Source: Psammoneis japonica | Lineage: Eukaryota | Assembly (NCBI GenBank): GCA_008632985.1 | Contig: QPGO01000004.1 | Location: forward strand, 496,001 to 560,000 | Reading direction: 5' to 3' | Length of the DNA stretch: 64,000 bases | Shown here: piece by piece, positions 24,201 to 33,670 of the stretch | Layout: each line of letters starts with the position of its first letter | Numbering within the stretch: position 1 is the first letter of the stretch | Program-made: the position numbers and the translations under genes | The notes under the pieces: model-generated | What the model was told of the DNA's origin: nothing | Seen by the model: only the letters and a program-made list of their open reading frames with translations | Databases searched by the model: none

Positions 24201-24468
24201 AAGTCCTTTCGACATCATTTGGCGAAATCTTGAGGCAATGCGATCCACTACTGCAATAGATGCTATCATTGACGAAAAAAATCCCATTGCTGTTGCTGCC
24301 TGACCACCTTGAACTCCAAGATTCCGAGCCATCATGCCCGTGTGCACCGCTGTGGCCCCCGTTGATTGCGTCAAAGTCATCGGCGAACAACGGTGTAGCC
24401 AAAGCGGAGTGGCCTATTGCTACAACTAGCAGCAAGACTGCCAGACACATCATGCCATTCCTTCTCAT
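21298..24468 (-). CDS. Secreted protein with four jelly-roll/MAM-like beta-sandwich repeats, P/T linkers and a C-terminal alpha/beta-hydrolase (PHB-depolymerase / CE1 esterase-like)
   Basis: Signal peptide; repeats D(D/N)FD...CxxxxCL...F.LRF...LY.D(N/D)V; catalytic region RTYHLSVP, LVIGYHG, DDFIFFDDI, VFVTGQSWGG (GxSxG), G.YD, DHQ. Confidence 0.8.
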   Translation of the reverse strand: MRRNGMMCLAVLLLVVAIGHSALATPLFADDFDAINGGHSGAHGHDGSESWSSRWSGSNSNGIFFVNDSIYCSSGSHCLKISPNDVERTSSTTKRKADLSSFSSSSSIKLTFDYHLVGSGSSAKVHFKSSLGWVKVATLAVGTSGLISVDIESAYLTSEFAVRFRATEGTSLFVDNVEIKDIQPKLTMLDGTFADDFDTSSQGSTGETGNDGSYMWADAWSQGPGVRIESMQGWCLAANCLRLIVSDNSYETALSDRGASLEGATQASLSFHFQAFFEDGHGSVYVSGSDGAPGTWSQIGENLEDIGSNLEGYRTFIIPSQFYTSGFRLRFMVQGYDWNDLYIDDVRIDVTSSGVEPTPTSTAAPSFATPQPTTDPTNPPTLAPTPRLSQANDYADNFDSGFNGNIGSLHWSGSWTGDSSVGVYVQSMSGWCKEGDCLRLLGSKSWFQAVWSDRGANLASAISASVSFDSRASLSSSGVAEVQVSSDGQNYDQLSTIGESEQLFSLLIPSQYFTSNFRLRFVCSGYDWNDLYVDNVSIELNGSTGNVPTTSPTPPPPTSTPAPSSAATQPTADPTNPPTLAPTPRLSQANDYADNFDSGFNGNIGSLDWSGSWTGDSSVGVYVQSMSGWCKEGDCLRLLGSKSWFQVVWSDRGANLAGAISASVSFDSRASLSSSGVAEVQVSSDGQNYDRLSAIGESEQLFSVPIPSQYFTSNFRLRFVCSGYEWNDLYVDNVSIELNGSTGNVPSPSPTPLPQPNLQPTLPPTRSPSSPSTSSPGCGKIVAEGQRDTVIVSGGVSRTYHLSVPTSYDRFKSYDLVIGYHGIGWRGDWMRGYLELEETSYADNAIFVYPYALRRDWPMWGWTGSNAVEGWVTGQRNDNDDFIFFDDILDDVSDDLCINLKHVFVTGQSWGGDMTSALSCSRGDKIAASVSVASNSPHFFDGYPGYYNLYPPIVPEDCERAVPMITMKGQYDSRVSGTGDVSDWWFRINGCQRATGSAYKDTIRTLGTFTDVDCEEPNIFVLHSNYGTGQNDHQVPLNYPYYNETTMSFFRQHSLP
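22231..23380. repeat. Near-identical 594-bp intragenic tandem duplication (198 aa)
   Basis: cggtacatttcccgtcga occurs at 22231 and 22825, and the two units align with few substitutions. Confidence 0.92.
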
Positions 24469-24814
24469 CCTCTTCTATTGTCAGCTTGCCGTGGATACAC
24501 TCACATTTTTCTTTTTTTCTTTTTTGGTTTGGAACCTCACTGGCGTTTTCTCGGTCACATGCCCGATGGACAATGCCAGTGATAAAGATTCTTGAGATGC
24601 CCAAGACCCGATTATAACATCTACTGTTAAAATGAGACCAGCGCACCAGCCAAGCACAACAAGCCATTCTGGTTTGACTGCCATTCCAAGCATTCGAATG
24701 GAGATTGAAGGTCCATTCTCTCTCTCCATTGAGCCATTGCAACTGTGACCCATTCAACATTCTGTGCAATTGGAAACTCACTCTCCACAACTCACAACAA
24801 GAGTCTGTGGACTC

Positions 24815-27800
24815 TGACAGGATTTGAACAAGATTTTAGTTTGTCACACACAATTGTGTGTGCTCTTGGTTCCGAGTGCGTCGCGCGATGTAGTTTGCTT
24901 TCGAGCCACTCGGCTCATAAGAATAACAACAGCAGCACCGACATCACGACACCAGTCTTTTGGCTCCTTGGCGGTCTCTGCACGGAGACTCATCTGCTGT
25001 TTAGACAGCAGCAAGGAGTCATTGTTTTCTTCCACCCAGTCATCTTCATTTTCGCTTTGGGTCCCCAGCTTGCACCTGGCTGCTCACCCTGATGTGCATG
25101 TGCTTTGTGCTCAACCACACAGCATCGCCAAGCTCCACTGGCGTGCCCCCACTGAGGTGCTGTCTGGCTCCACTCCCGACATCAGCCCGCTCCTCCGCTT
25201 TCAATGGTGGGAACCCATGCACTGCCACCTGGATGATTCCGACTGGCCACCCAAATCCCGTGAATTGTGTGGTCACTTCGTTGGCATCGTTGGTCACCAA
25301 ATGACGTTCAAGATTCTTTCTGATGACACTCAGAAGATTCTCTGCCGTTCCAACGTGCACTCCACCCGTGATCCGTCTGCGCTCCAAACCTGCGTCTTGA
25401 TCCTCCTGACAAGAAATCTGCTGAACCTGTCATTAAACCCTGCCACAACTCCAAGGATTTGCCAGATTTGCCAGATGGGGAGGTGATCAGGATGTCCAAA
25501 ATGCCCGTTTTTGACCCCGAGGATGTCACAGGACGCACCTTCCTCATGAAGCCACAAGAGGATGGACAATGCCACATGGCCCGCATTGTCAAAGCCGTTG
25601 AGGACCACGACTGGAAAATCAGAGACAATCCTGAACTGGTCAAGTTCATTTGCTCCATCAACAATGACAAACATGAGGAAGTCCTGGCCTGCAATGACAT
25701 CATGCACCACATTGAGCAAGAAGACGAGGACACCACCCTCTGGAAGTTCCGACACATCGCATCGCACGAAGGACCATTGTGACCCCATGATCCCTCTTGG
25801 AAAGGCTCAAGCTGCGGACATCATGCTTGAACAGGAGAATGGGGAGATCACGTCCGAACCCCTTGCCATCATTGCCAAGGATGACCCCATCACCTGTGCC
25901 ATCTGCGCGTGTGAGCATGGCCTTCTAGAAATCGAAGGATGGAGATGTTTTTGCAAGGCGGCCCTTCGTCAGAAGCAGCCATTCCGCATGGCCAACCAAG
26001 CCAAGTTGTGCTCCTTTCGCACTGCGCCACAATGCAAGCACGGGCATGAAGTGCTGCGGGACTGCAAGCATGCCATGGCCCTTGATGAGCGCAATGGCAA
26101 CCGCAAGTGGGGAGACGCAACGGACCTCGAGATGACTCAGCTTGATGAGTGCGAGGTCTTCCACGACTGCGGACACCACAACGATTCCAGTGCTCCATCA
26201 GGACACAAGAAGATCCAGGTGCATCTCATCTGTGATGTCTGGCATGACGGATGGCACAAAGCAAGGCTTGTTGCCAATGGACACCTCACAGACGTGCCCA
26301 TCGACAGTGTCTGTTCCGGAGCAGTGTCTCTCCGTGGCCGCGAATGATGATCTTCCTGGCCGAACTCAACGAACTAGAGACCTGGGCCACTGACATTGGG
26401 AATGCCCACCTCAAAGCTGCAACCAAGGAGAAACTGCACATTGCAGCAGGCCCCAAGTTCAGCAACCTGGAAGGACACATCCTTGTCATCCACAAGGCCT
26501 TGTGCGGACTCCGCAGCTCCGGCCTCAGATGGCATGAACGCTTTGCTGATTGCTTGCATGCCGAAGGCTTCTTCCCATGCAAAGCTGAACCCAACATCTG
26601 GCTGCACAGGAATGGTGACCACTGCGAACACGTGGCAGTGCATGTGATTGACCCAGCCTTTGCTGTGAAGGACCCCCAGGCTTTTGCAGACACCCTCATG
26701 GAGAAACACAAGTTCAAGCTCAAGGGCACTGGACCATTGGAGTTCCATCTTGGCTGCAACTTCACCCGTGACCCAGATGGCACCCTGTGCCTTGCTCCCT
26801 GCAAGCACATTGAGCGCATGGTTGACAACCGCGCATGTCTCTTTGGGGAGAAGCCCCGCACTGATGTGCTTTCACCCGTTGACAAGGGTGACCACCCTGA
26901 ACTTGACACCTCCGAATTGCTCAAACTGGAGGGCATCCACCAACTCCAATCCTTGATTGGATCCCTGCAATGGGCCATGTCTCTAGGTCACATCGACATT
27001 GCTGTGACTGTCCTGTCCCTGTCTGGCTTCCATGCAGTGCCCTGCCAAGGCCACTTAGACCGCGCCAAATGCATCCACGGATTCCTCTCCAAGATGCGTC
27101 ATGGCACCCTCTGAGTGCGCACCGAGGAGCCCGACTGTTTGGACCTCCCTGAGCCTGTGTGTGACTGGGCTCAATCTGTGTGTGGGGAGGTAGAAGAGCT
27201 GCTCCCACAAGATGCACCCAAGCTGCTTGGCAAGTTCGTCACCACCACACACTGTGTTGATGCAAACTTGTTCCATTGCATGCTCACTGGACGCTCTGTC
27301 ACTGGCATCCTCCATTTCCTCAACAAGTTTCCGGCTGATTGGTTCTCTGAGAAACAAGCAACAGTTGAGACTGCTGCATGTGGATCCAAGTTTGTTGCCG
27401 CAAGGACGTGCGTTGAGCAGATCATTGATCTGTGCATCACTTTGCCTTTGCGTCACCTTGGCATTCCCATTCGTGAAACATGTCACATGTTTGGGGACAA
27501 CAAGTCAGTTGTGGACAGTGCCACCATCCTGCACTCCAAGCCGCACAAGCGACACACTGCCCTCTTGTTCCATCGTGTGCGTGAGGCGATTGCCTCCAGT
27601 TTTCTCGAGTTTCATTTTGTCGAAGGCTCCCACAACCCGCTGACATCCTCAGCAAGCATTGGGGTCACTCCCAAGTCTGGAACCTCCTTCGTCCTCCAAT
27701 GTTTTGGAACTTCGACCCTGAGGCTTTCAACCAATCCAACTTCGAATCCATTGCTGTTGACCCCTCAAGCAAACTGGGGAGTGACAGGATTTGAACAAGA

Positions 27801-28026
27801 TTTTAGTTTGTCACACACAATTGTGTGTGCTCTTAGTTCCACGCGCATCGCGCGATGCAGTTTGCTTTCGAGCCACTCGGCTCACAAGAATGATGACAGC
27901 AGCACCGACATCATGACACCAGTCTTTTGGCTCCTGTGATGGTCTCTGCACAGAGACTCATCTGCCATTTAGACAACAGTGAGGAGTTGTTGTTTTCTTC
28001 CACCCAGTCATCTTCATTTTCTGTCA
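24815..28026 (+). mobile_element. Ty1/Copia (CoDi-like) LTR retrotransposon, copy 1; gag/protease deleted; pseudogenised INT-RT-RNaseH
   Basis: 5' LTR 24815-25053 is fused directly to integrase sequence. RT motifs HKARLVANG, DIGNAHL, KALCGLRSSG; RNaseH motifs VDANL, KQATVET, GDNKSVV. PPT aaactggggag, then 3' LTR 27782-28026 (TGACAG...CTGTCA). TSD GACTC/GACTT. Confidence 0.93.
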
Positions 28027-28372
28027 GACTTGCTGTGAGTCCGACACAGCAGCTGAGAACTCTTCACACCAGCCCTCTCCAGCCAAACACACCACCCCGG
28101 CCCATTCAAGAATGTCTTCTTTGTGCTCCTCTTGTGGTGTCATCAAAAGCAGCTCTGATGGACTGCTGGCAGCTGGGCATTTTAACACACTTTTCCTCTG
28201 TGCTGAAAAACACATGAGTGTGGCCAGCCAACATGGTGTGCTTGCTTTTTGGCATCTCAGCCCCAAAGACCCAATGATGATGTCTGAAGTCATCGGTGCT
28301 GGTGCAGTGTGGGCCATGCATGTTGAGCCATTTGGCTGCGATTTAAATGGAGATTGAAGGTCCCATCTCTCT

Positions 28373-31300
28373 TGACAGGATTTGAACAAAATGTTGGTTT
28401 GTCACACATGATTGTGTGTGCTCTTAGTTCCACGCGGGTCGCGCAAGATGTAGTTTGCTTTCGAGCCACTTTGGCTCACAAGAATGATGACAGTAGCACT
28501 GATGTCATGACGCCAGTCTTTCGGCTCCTGCAATGGTCTCTGCATGGAGACTCATCTGCCAATTGGACAGCAGCAAGGAGTCATTGTTTTCTTCCACCCA
28601 GTCATCTTCATTTTCTGTCAGATCAACAGTCTTGCTCTTTGTTGTCCATTGAGCGTTCATCATCGTCATCGAGAAATTTTCGACGACGCGCACCGTTGGT
28701 GGTGGAAGCACATGTCTACCTTCTTCACTGCTGTGTGCTGGATTAAATCCACATGTTTGGATTTGTCCAATGCCTCCCATCGTTGGACACATTCATTCAA
28801 CGGATGTTTGTTTGGCCAGGAATTCCCAAATTCTCAGACATCCGAGATTCTGGATTCCTTGCAGCGGATCCTGCCAATCCATCTGCTGGCGTCCACATGC
28901 ACACAATGTAAACCCCTGACTCTGGCTCTGCTCCACGCATGCCAAGTCTGCCACCTTGCATCCACACCAGATTGCTGGTCTTCTGCAGGCCTGCAAGGTC
29001 CACGAGGACAACTGTGAGAGGAAGCAGTTCGTGATTGCAGCCTGCGTTAGGGCAAGGGTGCATTTCCCATGTTTGTTCGTCCCTCCACAGCACCAAATTT
29101 GGCCGGCCTGATTGGGTCATCCAACCGACATAAAATGACAATGGTTCGGAGGTCTTGTCCACCTCTGGTTGGTTTGTCAGCAGGGGTTTTTAACCCATCA
29201 CTCCACTCTCAAGCAACCCAAAGTGCCACCAGCTGCGGGTTTGGACGTGCCGGCACAACTCCACAGACCGGATGGGAAGCTCAGCACTCAACTGTGAATG
29301 GGACATCACAGCCTGGCAGTTTCTGACTCTTGAGACAGTTCAAGACATCAAATCAAGATTCAAGTCAAGTTTCAAGTCATTTCAAGCCCACACTCTGATT
29401 CTGGCCAGTTCCGACATCCACCCAGTTGCAACATGGTTCTCACCAGGCAACAACAAATCAATGGCCTCAAGCACATTCTAGGCACTGTTCTGAATCAAGC
29501 TGCAGACAGTCCATTGCGCTCGCCCTCAACATTGATGGAACCGATTCGCATCAGGACCTTTTCACTTTTACTCCGATGCAATTGGATGCCCTTGTGTGCA
29601 ACGATGGCACCAATCAAATGCCCTTGCCATGTGGTTACAAAGCACAGACAGCTGTGCTGATTAGCCTGCACATGGCAAAAGTGCGTGGCGGCGCGGATGT
29701 TGGCAACGACCCTCAATTGTTCACACAAGAGGAGTTCACCAACTGTCATCTTAGTCCTGAGCATGTGGCGTCCCTCTCCATGGGTGCAGCACCATCTGCT
29801 CCCACTCTTGGCTCGTTGCCACCCAAACCACGTGATCCCATGTGTGACTTTAAACGAGGCATCAAATGTGACCCACTTGCCTTCGCGTTTCTCAAGTCTG
29901 ACAAACAGTGGCACATGTGGCACACCTCCATCATCGCACAGGCCCGCTCCCAAGACGTGCACGCATTCTCGATCCGACGCACAAGCCCTCTACAGCTGAG
30001 GACATGGCCCTGTTTGATGAACAACAGAAGCACATGTTCATAGTGTTTGAACAGATCTTGCAGAATGACAAAGGCAAGGCACTTGTTCGTCAACATGTCG
30101 GCTCCTCTGATGCTCAAGCGGTGTGTCGTGACCTCTCCAAGCATGCCCTTGCTTCCACTCGCGCATCCCTGGAGTCCTCGACCCTTCTCACGCACCTCAC
30201 CACTGCTTGCCTTGGTGATGGCACCTGGAAGGGATCCACTCATGCCTTCACACTTCACTGCAGGACCAGCTTTGCAAGCATGAAGCTCTTGTCCCGGGTG
30301 CGGACCATTTCTCTGCTGGCCAGAAACGTGCCATGCTTGAGAACGCAATTCATCCCATCGAAGAACTCCATTTGGTGAAGAATCAGGCTGATCAGTTCCA
30401 TGTGCAGAATGGAAAGGGGCTCTCTTACAAAGAGTGCTGTGGACTCCTGCTTTCTGCTGCAGCACAGCACGACAGCACGTTCACCCCCAAGATGGCTGCG
30501 AACATGACCTGGTTGAAGACAACATTCACAATCGTGGTGCCCCGTCCAAGCTCATCAGCAACCATGCTCAGGTTGAGATCACTTCTTGGCATCCTTCATG
30601 CCCTCTTCATCTCCAGTTGGCAAAGCAAGCCTCACCACCAGCTTCAGAATTTTGCTGAACGCCGCTGCCAAACTGTGAAGACCATGGCCAACACTGTCAT
30701 GGATCGCTTTGGGTCCCCGGCTTGCACCTGGCTTCTTGCCCTGATGTGCATGTGCTTTGTGCTCAACCACACGGTGTCCACCAAGCTCCACTGGCATGCC
30801 CCCGCCAAGGTGCTGTCCGGCTCCACTCCCGACATCAGCCTGCTCCTCCGCTTTCAATGGTGGGAACCCGTGTGCCACCACCTGGATGATTCCGACTGGC
30901 CGTCCAAATCCCGTGAATTGTGTGGTCACTTCGTTGGCATCGCCGAGCACGTTGGTCACCAAATGACGTTCAAGATTCTTTCTGACAACACTCAGAAGAT
31001 TCTCTGCCATTGCAATGTGTGCTCCGCCCGTGATCCGTCTGCTCCAAACCTGTGTCTTGATCCTCCTGACAAGAAATCTGCTGAACCTGTCATTAAATCC
31101 CACCACGACTCCAAGGATTCACCAGATTCACCAGATGGGGAGGTGATCAGGATGCCCAAAATGCCGGTCTTTGACCCCGAGGATGTCACAGGATGCACCT
31201 TCCTCATGAAGCCACAAGAGGATGGACAACGCCACAGAGCCCGCATTGTCAAAGCCATTGAGGACACGACTGGAAAATTGGAGACAATCCTGAACTGGTC

Positions 31301-33670
31301 AAGTTCATTTGCTCTGTCAACAATGATGAATGCGAGGAAGTCCTGGCCTGCAATGACATCATGCACCACATTGAGCAAGAAGACGAGGACACCACCCTCT
31401 GGAAGTTCCGACGAATCGCATCGCACGAAGGACCATTGCGACCCCATGATCCCTCTTGGAAAGGCTCAAGCTACAACGTCATGCTTGAACAGGAGAATGG
31501 GGAGATCACATCCGAACCCCTTGCCGTCATTGCCAAGGATGACCCCATCACCTGTGCCATCTACGCGCGTGAGCACGGCCTTCTAGAAACCGAAGGATGG
31601 AGACGTTTTTGCAAGGCGGCCCTTCGTCAGAAGAAGCCATTCCACATGGCCAACCAAGCCAAGTTGTGCTCATTTTGCACTGCGCCACAATGCAAGCACG
31701 GGCACGAAGTGCCACGGGACTACAAGCATGCCATGGCCCTTGATGAGCACAACGGCAACCGCAAGTGGGGAGACGCAATGGACCTCGAGATGACTCAGCT
31801 TGATGAGTGCAAGGTCTTCCATGACTGCGGACACCACAATGATTCCAGTGCTCCATCAGGACACAAGAAGATCCGGGTGCATCTCATCTGTGATGTCAAA
31901 CATGACGGACAGCACAAAGCAAGGCTTGTTGCCAATGGACACCTCACAGACGTGCCCATCAACAGTGTCTGTTCTGGAGCAGTGTCTCTCCGTGGCCTGC
32001 AAATGATGATCTTCCTGGCCAAACTCAACGAACTAGAGACCTGGGCCACTGACATTGGGAATGCCCACCTCGAAGCTGTGACCAAGGAGAAACTGCACAT
32101 CATGGCAGGCCCCGAGTTCAGCAACCTGGAAGGACACATCCTTGTCATCCACAAGGCCTTGTACGGACTCCGCAGCTCCAGCCTCAGATGGCATGAACTC
32201 TTTGCTGATTGCTTGCATGCCAAAGGCTTCTTCCCATGCAAAGCCGAACCCGACATCTGGCTGCACAGGAACGGTGACCACTGTGAATGCGTGGCAGTGC
32301 ATGTGGATGACCCAGCCTTTGCCATGGGACCCCCAGGCTTTTGCAGACACCCTCATGGAGAAACACAAGTTCAAGCTCAAGGGCACTGGACCATTGGAGT
32401 TCCATCTTGGCTGTGGCTTCACCCGTGACCCAGATGGCACCCTGTGCCTTGCTCCCCGCAAGCACATTGAGCACATGGTTGACAACTGTGCATGTCTCTT
32501 TGGGGAGAAGCCCCGCACTGATGTGCTTTCACCCGTTGACAAGGGTGACCACCCTGAACTTGACACCTCCGAATTGCTCAAACCGGAGGGCATCCACCAA
32601 CTCCAATCCTTGATTGGATCCCTGCAATGGGCCGTGTCTCCAGGTCACATCAACATTGCTGTGACTGCCTGTCCCTGTCTGGCTTCCGTGCAGCACCCCG
32701 CCAAGGCCACTGGACCAGCCAAACGCATCGCGGATTCCTCTCCAAGATGTGTCATGGCACCCTCCGAGTGCGCACCGAGGAGCCCAACCATTTGGACCTC
32801 CCTGAGCCTGTGTGTGACTGGGCTCAATCTGTGTGTGGGGAGGTAGAAGAGCTGCTCCGCAAGATGCACCCAAGCCGCTTGGCAAGTTCATCACCACCTC
32901 ACACTGCGTTGATGCGAACTTGTTGCATTGCATGCTCACTGGACGCTCTGTCACTGGCATCCTCCATTTCCTCAACAAGCTTCCGGCTGATTGGTTCTCT
33001 AAGAAACAAGCAACAGTTGAGACTGCTGCACATGGATCCGAGTTTGTTGCCGCAAGGACATGCATTGAGCAGATCATTTGTCTGCGCATCACTTTGCATT
33101 GCCTTGACGTTCCCATTCGTGAAACATGTGCATGTTTGGGGATGACAAGTCAGTTGTGGACAGTGCCACCATCCCGCACTCCAAGTTGCACAAGCAACAC
33201 ACCGCCCTCTCGTTCCATCATGTGCGTGAGGCGATTGCCTCTGGTTTCCTTGAGTTTCATTTCATCGAAGGCTCCCGCAACCCGGCTGACATCCTCAGCA
33301 AGCATTGGGGTCACTCCCAAGTCTGGAACCTCCTTTGTCCTCTAATGTTTTGGAACTTCAATCCCAAGGCTTTCAACCAATCTGACTTTGAATCTGTCAC
33401 TGTTGACCCCTCAAGCAAACTGGGGAGTGACAGGATTTGAACAAGATTTTAGTTTGTCACACACAATTGTGTGTGCTCTTAGTTCTGCGTGCGTCACGCG
33501 ATGTAGTTTGCTTTGAGCCACTCGGCTCACAAGAACAATGACAGCAGCACCAATGTCACGACACCAGTCTTTCGGCTCCTGTGATGGTCTCTGCATGGAA
33601 CTCATCTGCCATTTAGACAGCAGCAAGGAGTTGTTGTTTTCTTCCACCCAGTCATCTTCATTTTCTGTCA
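28373..33670 (+). mobile_element. Ty1/Copia (CoDi-like) LTR retrotransposon, copy 2; gag remnant, deletion near 30500, pseudogenised INT-RT-RNaseH
   Basis: LTRs 28373-28620 and 33428-33670; perfect TSD TCTCT; gag-like DFKRGIKCD...KQW...AQARSQDV and ILQNDKGKALVRQH; integrase PHHQLQNFAERR; PPT before the 3' LTR. Confidence 0.93.

Noticed and set aside
24815..33670. Dating the Copia insertions from LTR-LTR divergence
   Set aside because: Differences are dominated by TpA and CpG hypermutation, so a neutral clock would overestimate age
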